DNA of 15,506 nt from Elusimicrobiota bacterium (GCA_043819795.1 JBDREN010000146.1:1-15506); one strand, 5' to 3'. Positions 1-9,200 are shown, counted from the first letter of the stretch. The notes: generated from the sequence alone by a model not told the origin. A program made the numbers and translations.

Positions 1-2
1 AG

Positions 3-45
3 CACCGATTTTCGCGGAGCCCCAACCGTCACGCCGATATAACAC
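3..45 (+). repeat. Left terminal inverted repeat of the IS
   Basis: CACCGATTTTCGCGGAGCCCCAACCGTCACGCCGATATAACAC is the exact reverse complement of 2067-2109. The match extends to 47/48 over 3-50 vs 2062-2109. Confidence 0.96.
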
Positions 46-296
46 CCGGCACTGCAATAGCGTAAGGTGATCCCCGACGGGCCGCGGGCGCGTTTGCCCA
101 GCATCCTCCCCCGGCAACGCATCAGGTGGCATGACGCTTCCGTATTCGTACGCACGGGCATAAAACAAAGGGCGCCATCTCGGCTCGGACCCCACGACCA
201 CGCGATGGGCCCCCTCTCTCCGTCGTAGAAATGCACGCGGACCTCTTCCGACGCCGTCCCGCGGAAATCCGCCGGGCTATGTTTTACGATTATGTA

Positions 297-326
297 TTGA
301 CTTTCATAAACGTCATATAGAATAAT
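297..326 (+). promoter_or_regulatory. Putative sigma70-type promoter of the transposase, probably giving a leaderless or near-leaderless transcript
   Basis: TTGACT at 297-302 lies in an AT-rich patch. Candidate -10 boxes are TAGAAT (318-323, 15-bp spacer) and AATAAT (321-326, 18-bp spacer). The ATG is at 333 with no Shine-Dalgarno motif upstream. Confidence 0.5.
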
Positions 327-332
327 ATCCTC

Positions 333-2051
333 ATGAGCGATGCGACCTTCTTCACCCATCCAAAATCAGACTGGCAGCGGCGCTACGAGGCGCTGCGCGC
401 CTCGTTCGTCGACCGCCTCCCCGCCACCGCGGTGGCCGACCGCTTCGGCTACAAGCCTGGCTATATCCGGCTCCTGCGGCACCTCTTCAGCACGGGGAAG
501 TTCGACTTTCACGAGCCCCCCGAGGAGGGTAAGACGGCGCGTCGCAGAGTTCCCCGACCCGTCCGCGAGAAGATCCGCGCGTGGCGGGAACGACGACTGT
601 CCGCTGGGGAAATCGCGCAACTGCTCTCGCAGGAGAACGTCGAGATCAGCGTCCGCACCGTCGAGCGCGTGCTCGCCGAAGAAGGCTTCCAGAAACTGCC
701 CCGCCGCACCCAGCTCAAGATCGGACTGACGGTCAAGGGCGCGGTGGTCCCAGCGAGAGCCCAAGCCGTCGCCCTAGGCGCTCTCGACGGGAAAGCCTTC
801 GAGTCGGATACGGCCGGGATATTCCTCTTCGCGCCGTTTCTGGCCCAACTCAATTTGGAAGGGGTCGTCCGCGAGGCGGGACTGCCGGGGACCCAGGCTA
901 TCCCCGCTCTGAGCTACCTGCTTTCCTTCCTGGCGCTCAAGCTCGTAGGCAACGAACGCTATGCGCACGTCGGCGATCACTCGTTCGATCCGGGGCTTGG
1001 GCTCTTCGCGGGCCTCAACGTACTGCCCAAGTGCACGGTGATGTCGACCTATTCGTACGGTCTCGACGAGGTGCACATCGAGCGTCTACAGACCGCCTTC
1101 GTCAAGCGGGCGGACAAGCTGGGCCTCTACGGCAAACCGGTCGTCAACCTCGACTTCCACACCGTGCCCCATTTCGGGGAGGAATCGGTCTTGGAGAAGC
1201 ACTGGGCCGGGGCGCGCAACAAGGTGCTCAAAGGCGCGCTGACCCTATTCGCTCAGGACGCCGAGTCCAAACTCATGCTCTACACCACGCCGGACATTCG
1301 GCGATCTGAGGCCGACGACCAGGTCCTCGCGTTCCTTTCATACTGGCGCAAGATCCGACGGGGCGTGGCACCCACGTTCATCTTCGACTCGCGGTTCACC
1401 ACCTACCCGAAGCTGTCGAAGCTCAACGCCGCCGGTGTTAAGTTCATCACCCTGCGGCGGCGCGGCGCGAAGCTCTTGCGCGGCGTGGCCGGTATGGAGG
1501 GGTGGCAGCGCATTCACGTCCCTCACGCCAAACGGAAGTTTCCCAACCCCCTGGTTCACGAGTCGACCGTCCGGTTCCGCGACTACGAGGGTGACATCCG
1601 CCAGGTCATCATGCGCGGCAACGGTCATGAGAAGCCAGCCTTCCTCATCAGCAACGACTTCGATGCCCCTGTCGAGTCGATCGTCGGCGACTATGCCCGT
1701 CGCTGGCGCGTCGAGAATGGCATCGCCGAGGCCGTGAAGTTCTTCCACCTCAACGCCATGTCCTCGCCGATCCTCACCAAGGTCCACTTCGATGTCGCTC
1801 TCACGATGGTCGCCGACACGCTCTACACGATGCTGGCCCGCAAGCTGCGCGGCTTCGAGGACTGCGACGCGCCGAAGCTCTACCGCCACTTCGTGCGGGG
1901 CAAAGGCGCCGTCAGCGTCCGGGGGGGCCGGATCACCGTCGCCTTCCCTCGCCGCGCCCATAACCCAATCCTGCGCGGCGTTCCCTGGAAGAACTTGCCC
2001 GGCACCCTCATCGCCCCCAAAGGCGGCGTACTGACCCTTCGATTCAACTGA
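333..2051 (+). CDS. DDE transposase (572 aa) with N-terminal helix-turn-helix domains
   Basis: Fills the space between the IRs. Candidate catalytic residues are D274 (VNLDFH), D352 (FIFDSRF) and E461 in YARRWRVENGIAEAVK, which resembles the IS4-superfamily Y-x2-R-x3-E-x6-K signature (here x7-K). HTH-like segments lie at ~aa 14-55 and ~aa 72-120. Confidence 0.92.
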   Translation: MSDATFFTHPKSDWQRRYEALRASFVDRLPATAVADRFGYKPGYIRLLRHLFSTGKFDFHEPPEEGKTARRRVPRPVREKIRAWRERRLSAGEIAQLLSQENVEISVRTVERVLAEEGFQKLPRRTQLKIGLTVKGAVVPARAQAVALGALDGKAFESDTAGIFLFAPFLAQLNLEGVVREAGLPGTQAIPALSYLLSFLALKLVGNERYAHVGDHSFDPGLGLFAGLNVLPKCTVMSTYSYGLDEVHIERLQTAFVKRADKLGLYGKPVVNLDFHTVPHFGEESVLEKHWAGARNKVLKGALTLFAQDAESKLMLYTTPDIRRSEADDQVLAFLSYWRKIRRGVAPTFIFDSRFTTYPKLSKLNAAGVKFITLRRRGAKLLRGVAGMEGWQRIHVPHAKRKFPNPLVHESTVRFRDYEGDIRQVIMRGNGHEKPAFLISNDFDAPVESIVGDYARRWRVENGIAEAVKFFHLNAMSSPILTKVHFDVALTMVADTLYTMLARKLRGFEDCDAPKLYRHFVRGKGAVSVRGGRITVAFPRRAHNPILRGVPWKNLPGTLIAPKGGVLTLRFN

Positions 2052-2066
2052 GAGCCCCGGCGCCGT

Positions 2067-2109
2067 GTGTTATATCGGCGTGACGGTTGGGGCTCCGCGA
2101 AAATCGGTG
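2067..2109 (-). repeat. Right terminal inverted repeat of the IS
   Basis: GTGTTATATCGGCGTGACGGTTGGGGCTCCGCGAAAATCGGTG is the exact reverse complement of 3-45 and begins 15 bp after the transposase stop codon. Confidence 0.96.
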
Positions 2110-2330
2110 ATCAGTGCAGTTGACCGTCGCAGATCGCCGAACGTCTGAGACATCTGCTTCTGTCGTTGACGCAGCAAGGACGCTATGCGCGAATAACGCT
2201 CATAAGAACTCTGCGACCGTTCGTTAGAGATCTCGTTAACATCCTTGAGAATGCGTTTGCAGAACCGCTCCAGTGCCGTTTCGTACAGCTTCTTAAACCG
2301 TTTCCAATCCGCCTCGTTAATCGTCCCCAT
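2110..2330 (-). pseudogene. 5' part of a small helical hypothetical-protein gene, interrupted by the IS
   Basis: ATG at 2330 is preceded by AAGAGGA. The natural-looking protein MGTINEADWKRFKKLYETALERFCKRIL...FGDLRRSTALI runs into the IR, which adds TDFRGAPTVTPI and a stop at 2070. From memory it resembles a ~100-aa conserved hypothetical family (ExDWK...ALERFC...DxRRS); this is unverified. Confidence 0.75.
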
Positions 2331-2335
2331 TCTGT

Positions 2336-2342
2336 TCCTCTT
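2336..2342 (-). promoter_or_regulatory. Shine-Dalgarno site of the small interrupted gene
   Basis: The minus strand reads AAGAGGA-ACAGA-ATG. Confidence 0.65.
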
Positions 2343-2349
2343 GTACGCC

Positions 2350-2402
2350 TAATTGAACCGCCCTGTATAGTACAACCGTAATTGAACCGCCCTGTATAGT
2401 AC
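2350..2402. repeat. Perfect 24-bp direct repeat, two copies with a 29-bp period
   Basis: TAATTGAACCGCCCTGTATAGTAC at 2350-2373 and 2379-2402. A degenerate third copy (14/20 matches) lies at 2409-2428. Confidence 0.9.
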
Positions 2403-2482
2403 GACGAATGATTGGAACGGCCCTTATAAATCCTCATAGTATTAACCGGGAAATCGCGGAAATCCAGGCGGGGGAAAATGTG

Positions 2483-2511
2483 TGCTATACGACTTGGGCT
2501 GCGGTATAGCA
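2483..2511. repeat. 8-bp inverted repeat with 13-bp spacer (possible operator or hairpin)
   Basis: TGCTATAC (2483-2490) and GTATAGCA (2504-2511); the stem can be extended outward with G-U pairs. Confidence 0.45.
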
Positions 2512-2745
2512 TGTATATTGGCCTCTGCCTCCCGCTCCGGGGGCGGACGTAATTGCGAGCACTGCGTCCATCCTCACCCCCTGCCTCGAGTGTCCCGGCC
2601 AGGATGCGGCGGCGCGCCTCATGGGGGAGCCGGGCCTGGTGCTCATATAGATTCTAGATATTCCGTGTGACGTCCGCAATGAATGATTGCATTGCTGGCT
2701 ATGCTAATACTGAGCGGGCGGTCAGCTTGCCTTCTTTGAGAATCC

Positions 2746-2896
2746 GGCGTCCGGCTGAAACTTATGAAACTTTTAGAATGGGCAGGCGTGGCATGAGGCG
2801 GTCATGCGTTCGTATCGAAAGCCCTGCGGCCCTGCCGCCGGCACGATGCGGATTGGCCCGCGGCGCCATAAGTTTCATGAGTTTCAGCCTGACGCC
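2746..2896. repeat. 27-bp inverted repeat (25/27) with 97-bp spacer; each arm has tandem 9-bp TGAAACTYW units
   Basis: 2746-2772 is GGCGTCCGGCTGAAACTTATGAAACTT. The reverse complement of 2870-2896 is GGCGTCAGGCTGAAACTCATGAAACTT. Confidence 0.88.
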
Positions 2897-3242
2897 AGAA
2901 CCCGTTTATTGCGTGCGCCGGAGGCGGGACTTGCCGGGGCGAGCCCTGTTCATGGGGGTGGTGAGGACCGGGCCTGCGGGTGGCCCAGATCCGCGGAGGC
3001 AGGGCGTGTCGGAGGCCGACTTACGCATGCAGGAGGCCGAGACCCGAGCGGCGCCCTCTGGGCGACCGCGTCCCTGCCGCCGCGGAGCCTGGGCCAGGAC
3101 CCGCCGGCCGCTAGCGAACGCTTACCATGCGTTCTAGCGCGTCCCCGCTGCACAATGATCGGCCCTGCCGACGGATAGACCGCTTACCGGTCAAGGCTGG
3201 ACGGGCGCCCGACGATCGCGCCGCGGGCAGGGATTCGGGAGG

Positions 3243-6200
3243 CTACGCGGTCTGGCGGGCGGGGGCGGCCGGCTGGTCGATGGGCGCCAGGAGGCTCTCC
3301 GTGCGGCGGCGCAGCCACTCCCACACGGCGGCCAGGAGGGCGGCCATCACCACGGCCGCCGCGGCCCAAGGCAGCCAGGGGAAGCGCTTGAAGGGCGACT
3401 GCTCGCGGCGCTCGCGCCGGCGCTCCTGCTTGAGCTCGTCGGCCAGCTCCTTGAGCCGCCGCTGCTCGGCGAGGAGCTCCTCGCTGAGCCGCTCGAGCTC
3501 GGCCTGCGCCCGGCTCATCTCGGCCTCGAGCGCGCGCTGAGCGCCGATCCGCCAGGCCATGGGATGCGCGGCGCCCCAGAGCTCCCCTTCCTGGCTCCGC
3601 GCCCGGCCCAGCTCCTCGCGCTTGGACGCCAGATCCGACTGCGCCCGCTCCGAGGCCCGCTCGAGCGCGGGGGCCCGGTCGCGCGCCGCGCGCTCCTGGT
3701 CCTCGATGCGCTGCGGGAAGCCCTTCAGGTTCTCGACGATGCGCCCGTACTGGTAGGCCCCGGGCCGCAGGAGCACGCGCCGCTCCACGCGGTCCACGGC
3801 GATGTGGCCGGGGCTGCCCGAGAGCCGCACCGGCCGCTCGCCCGTGTAGGAGTCCGGGTCGGTGGCGACCGCCCCGTCGCGCAGCGCGTCCTCGATGGCC
3901 TCGATCCCGGTCCGCTCGGTGACGCGGGAGGTCTGGTACATCAGGGCGCTCGCGTCGGAGTCGAGGGCCGGGGCCCGGCCGCGGCGCTGCTCGATCCAGG
4001 TCGTCCGGACGCCGCCCTCGAAGTAGGAGAGCACGCCCCGGCTCGCGTTGAGCAGGTCCTCGGTCCGGTGGACGATGGCCCGATCGAGCGACGGCCGCCC
4101 GAAATGGATGTCCTTGTCGTCGCTGCGGGCGTTCTTGCCGTAGATGTTCTGGTGAGGAAGGATCGCGGAGTCGAGCCTCACCTTGTCGGGGAACTGGTTC
4201 GCGTCGAAGTACCAGTTGACGGGATCGGGCAGCAGGTCGAGGATGTCGATGAAGTGGGCGACCTTATGGAGCGGGCCCTGGTGGTTGGTCGCCCCGCCCT
4301 CGAACTTGTACATGTGCGCCCGGCCCAGGAAGTGGTGCTGGTTCGGGTCGCGGCCGGTCAGGAGCTCGACCGGGGTGCGCAGGATGCCGCCGGGGATCTC
4401 GCCGATGATATTGGACCAGTTCGAGAGCTTGGTGCCGTAGCCCTTGGCCTTCTGCTGCTCGCGGCCGGCGTCGGTGAGGCGGGCGATGAAGTACCGGCGG
4501 CTGAGCATGACCGGCAGGCCGTTGGCGCCGGCCGCGGGGTCGATGTAGCGCTTGAGGCGGTAGTTCGGGTCGATCTCGACGCCGCCGTCCACGTAGCGCG
4601 CCGGCCGGCTCTTGCCGTCGGCCGCCGGCGTCACATGCACGTCCTCGATCGTCCATCCCTCGGCGGCCTTCTCCAGGGAGTCCATGTCCCAATAAAGCCG
4701 CACGGCCGAGGCGTCCCGGTCCAGGACCGCCCCGAAGAGCTCGCCGCTGTGCTTGGTCACCGGAGCCTCGGCCAGGCCGATCCGCTCGTCGAGCGCGCCC
4801 CGCCCGAATACGGGGAGCCCGGTCACGCGGGCGAGCCCGCCGCGGGCGTCGAAGTGGAACGCCGTGTCGCGGCTCACGAACAACCGCATCGGGCTCGTGG
4901 CCGAAAGCTCCGCCTGCTCGCGCTCGCGCGACCGCTCATCCACGCCGGCCGCCTCGAGGGCCGCCATGTAGTCCGCTCCCAGGGCCTGCCAGTGGCCCGC
5001 GTGGGCGATCAGGCGGCCGCTGCCCTTGAAAGCGCGCAGGGCCTTGTCCGCCTCGCGACGGGTGGAGAGGTGCGCCTCGTCCAGCTTGTTGAACTTCTCC
5101 AGCTGCGCCGAGAAGGCCCGCTGCGCGGCCTTGTAGCGCCCGTCCTCGACCACGCGCTTGTGCAGCTCGGCCTTCACCCGCGCCTGGTGGTCGGCCTCGG
5201 TCTCGCCGGGAAGCCTCGGAAGCTCCTGCTCGACGTCCCGCTCGAAGCGCGCCCGCGCCTCGGCCTCGATGAGCTGATGGCGCTTGCCCTCGGCGTCGGT
5301 CAGCTCCTTCTGGGCGTCCCGGCGGGCGCGCGCCGCGGCCTCGGCCGCGTTGGCCTTCTCGAGCAGGTTCTGCGCCTGGCGGAAGGTGGCGGGAGAGTTC
5401 TGCAGGGCCTTGACCTCTTGGTCGAACTCCTCCTGGGTCAGGATGAGCACCCGCGGCCGGCCGTCGGCGTCGACGGCGTAGCCGTAGCTCTGGAGCTTCA
5501 CGCCGATCCAGCCCACGGTCCGCGCGCGGCGCTCGTGCTCGGCCGCGTACTCGATCATCTTCGCCACGCCCTTCGGGCCCGCCTCGAGCCGCGCGAAATC
5601 CGCCGCCTCGCCGGCGCCCAGCCGGTCCAGGTGGGCGCTCAGGCTCTCGCGCGTCGGGAAGGCGTCGTGGGAGATGTCCTCGTCCCCGAGGTACAGGATC
5701 GTCTCGACGCCGGCCGGGTCGTCCCAAAGCGACTTGAGCGGATGCCCGGCCGGGCGCAGGCCGGAGCGGTCCGCCTCGCGCGAGAAGTAGAAGGCCCGGC
5801 CGCTCCGGCTGAGCCGCTCGGCCTCCTCGTAGCTCATGCCCCGCGCGCCGCTCCCGTCGAGGCTCACCGCCGCGAACTCGTGCTTCTCGAAGACCTCGCC
5901 CAGCCCCAGGCGGGCCTTGTTCGTCTCGAGCGCCTCCCGTGCGAAGGCGCTCACGGCCGCGGCGGCGTCCACGCCCGCGATCACCTCGTGGCGGACCTTC
6001 TCGCCCGCCCGGGCCTTGAGCCACGTCCGTCCCGACTCGTCGGTCTCCAGGTCCCCGAGCCGGCCCAGCTGATCCCGCGTGTACCACTCCGCCGCGCTCC
6101 AGGTCCGGCGTCCCTGCGCGTCCGTCTCTACCACGGCGTAGAGCGGTGCGAGCCCCGAGACCTCGCCGGAAGCCCAGCGCCCGCGCAGCTCAACGAGCCG

Positions 6201-9200
6201 GCGCAGCGCGTCGGACGCCTCGCGCAGCTGGGGCGCCGGCGCGCGCTCGAAGCGCCGGGCCGCGAGCCGCGCCTCCTCGAGCATGATCAAAGAGTCGATG
6301 GCCAGCATCCCGCGCCCGTGATTGGCCAGCGCCACCTGCCGCCGCAGCGTCTCGCGCACGGAGAGCAGCCCGTTGAGCGACCGGACCATCCGCTCGTTGC
6401 CGCGCACCTCGGGCATGGCGAAGAGCTTCACGACCTCGGCGTCGTAGGCCTCGACCGCCTTGAGGTATTCGTCGAGGGCCGCGTCCCGCATGATGAAGTC
6501 GGTGGGCGAGAGCCTGCCGGAGCCCGCGGACTTGTACTTGTTGCCGACGTAGCTCTCCAGCAGGGCCTGCCGCGACGCGAGCCGCTCGCCGCGCAGGACC
6601 TCGATGCGCTCGAGCGCGCCCCGGACCGCGAAGCGCGTCTCGGCGTCCACGCCGGCCATGGGACCGCGGGGATCGGGAGACGCGTCGAGAGTGAAGACCT
6701 CCTCGATGATGTGCCGGCGTATCCCGCTCAGGTCGGCCATCTCGCTCTGCTGGAAATCGGCCGCGCCCTCGATCCGGCCCTCGAGGTCGCGCATCAGCAC
6801 GCCCAGCACGCTCTGCCGCGAGGCGGGGTCCGCGCGAGCGGCCGAGAGCAGCGCTCCGAGCCGCGCCCGCACCCGCTCGCGGCGGCCTTCCACGTCCGCC
6901 TGCGTCAGGAGCTTGAGCCGCTCGGCGGCGCCGAAGGAGCCGCTGTGCCGCACGATCTCGGCGTCGCGGCGCATCTTCCGGTAGGTCTGGGCCTCGTCGA
7001 GAAGGAGCCGCACGGCCTCGGCGTCGATCCCCGGCGCGCCCCTGAGCGCGGCGCCCAGGCGGCCGGCGAATTCCTCGTCGAGCATCCGGCCGGCCCCGTA
7101 GTCCAGGAGCGCGTCCATCCGGTTCGAGAAGAGCGCGGCGCCGGAGAGCTCCTGCGTGCCGGCCGGGAGATTCAGGAGCCGCTCCTCGGCGTACCCGACG
7201 GCCTCGAGCTCGGTCACCAGCTCGATGAAATCGTTCTTGAGCTGGGCCATGCTCCCGCTGAGCTCGATCCAGGCGCCCACGAGCGCGTCCTGCGCCGAGA
7301 GGAGCTCGTCTTGGTCGATCAGCCCGTCCTGGGCCCTGGCGACGGCCGAGAAGTAGTCCTCCTGGGCGGCCTCCACGAGGGCGTTCTGGCGCTCCACGAG
7401 GGTAGCGCGCTCCTTCACCGAGCTCATCAGGAGGTGCAGCCGCAGCGCCAGCCCCTGCATGCGGCCCTGGCTCTGAAGCTCGCGCCGGACCGAGTCGGAG
7501 AGCACGCGCTCGAGGCCCTGCTCGATCGACCGGGGATCGGGCGCCTCGAAGAACAGTCCGCCCACGCCCTGGGCCCGGAAGATCCCGAAGGCCGCCACCG
7601 GGGTGAAGCCCTTGTAGCTCATCCGCTCGGCGATCACGTCGGCCCGGATCTGGTGGATCAGGCCGTCCTCGTTGCCGAAGGACTCGGGCACGCCGTCCTC
7701 GAAGATCGTCCGGCGGATCTGGTCGATCCGGAGCGCCTCGACCTCGTCCACGAAGCGCTTGGCCACGCGCCGGATGTCCTGCGACTCGCCCGAGCGGTCC
7801 TTCGGCAGGAGCCTGGCGATGTCCGAAACGGTCGTTTCGGCCGGCAGGCCGAGCAGCGCCTTGATGCGGGCGGCCTGGACGTCGAGGCGGCCTTTGATGC
7901 CATGCTTGAAGGTCTCGAAGTCGCGCTCGGCCCGGCTCCCCTGCGGCTCCCGCGGACCCTGGGAGAACTCCTCGGCCCAGCGCAGCAGGCGGACGTTGGT
8001 CTCGAACTGCGAGAGCAGGATGCCGGCGCGGGACCGGGCCGCGGCCGCGTCGTTGCGGTGGACGCGGTCGGCCTTGTCCATGCGCAGCTCCGCCAGGGCC
8101 ATCAGCACCTCGGGCGGGGTCTCCATGCTGCGCATCCGGAACTCCACCCAGCTGTCGATGAAGTGCTCGTTGATCTTGTCGAAGCCGAGCGACGTGTGCG
8201 CGTAGTAGTAGCGGAAGTTCCCGGCCACGCGCCCGCGCCGAAGCTCGGGCTCGAAGGCCTCGACCTCGGGCTCGCGCCCGGCCGACGCCAGGGACTGCTC
8301 GGCGTCCATCAGCGCCTGCTCGAGCTTGTGGTAGCTGCGCGGCAGGGCGTTGGGGCCCTCCTGCGCCGGCGCCTCTCCGAGCCTCGCCAGCGCGGCCCGG
8401 AGGTTAAGACTCTTGGCGCTCCTCTCGATCTCATCGAGGCGGGACGCCGCGTCGGTCCGGCTCTTCGCGGCCTCGCTCGCCTGCTCCACGGCGTCGAGCT
8501 CGGCGTTGAGCTGGGCCCGGCGGGCCGCCAGGTCGCCCTCGTAAGCGCTCTGGGCCCGCTCGGCCTCGAGCGTCTGCACCCGGGCGGCCGCCATCAGGTC
8601 CGGGTCGCCGATGGTCTCCTCCGAAAGGGCCTTCATGAGCCGCCCCAGGGAGCGCACCGCCAGGGAGACGGGCTCGAGGTAGAGCTCCTCGACCTTCATG
8701 CCCTTGTCGATGATGAGCTCGACCGCGCGGGCCACCTTCACGCGGGCGTCGAGGATGGCTCCGTCGGCCGCCTCGGGACGCTTCTGGGCGAGGATCGCCT
8801 CGAGGTCCGCCAGCGCCTGCTCGGCGCTGATGCCGATATGAAGCTCCGCCCCCTCCGGACGCCCGAGAAGGTAGTTCAGGCTCGCCTTAGCCTGCTCGCC
8901 GGCCAGCTGGGTCACGTGCAGTCGGCGGCGGGCCTGGTCCAGCTCGCGCTGCAGGCGCGGGGCCTCGCCCCGGGAGTCGCCATCGCCCGCGCGGCGCTGG
9001 GCGGCGCGCAGGTCCGCCTCGAGCCGCGGGATGATCTCAGCGTTGAGCAGGCGCTCGGCGTCGCGCGCGCGCTCCCAGGTCGCGATGTTCTGGAAGAAGG
9101 AGACGGCCAGGTCGGCCTCGAGCCGGGTCTGGAGGTTCCTGTAGTATTCCTCGTGCTGCTCTCCCTGGGCCTTCTGGAGCTCGGCGAGCTCGGCGCTCTT

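Larger units (their letters stand above)
3..2109 (+). mobile_element. Complete insertion sequence, 2107 bp (IS4-superfamily / IS1634-like; exact family uncertain)
   Basis: Perfect 43-bp terminal inverted repeats (3-45 and 2067-2109) enclose a single DDE transposase ORF. The right end cuts a minus-strand gene mid-frame. The right flank ATCAG ends in the same AG seen at positions 1-2, consistent with a target-site duplication. Confidence 0.93.

Noticed and set aside
340..2034. Multiple ORFs overlapping the transposase on both strands
   Set aside because: Off-frame or antisense shadows with no recognisable motifs; the 572-aa frame explains the region.
2350..2430. Direct repeats as a mini CRISPR array
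   Set aside because: The gaps between copies are only 5-6 bp, far too short for spacers, and there are no cas genes in the window.
2539..2900. tmRNA, tRNA, RNase P or group II intron in the intergenic region
   Set aside because: GGGGGCGG at 2539 resembles a tmRNA 5' end, but the following TCGA motif, T-arm and CCA end are missing. No RNase P GAGGAAAGTCC motif or intron domain V was found.
3109..3139. Hairpin CGCTAG-cg-AACGC / GCGTT-CTAGCG as terminator of the giant gene
   Set aside because: The stem exists about 100 bp past the stop codon, but there is no U-tract on either strand, so an intrinsic terminator cannot be supported.
2482..3540. ORFs 2482-2670, 2485-2679, 2667-3137, 2804-3178, 2950-3153, 3127-3540 and 3184-3369 as genes
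   Set aside because: They overlap one another, have R/P/A/G-biased translations, and lack a convincing RBS, codon bias or domain motifs. None resembles an integrase.
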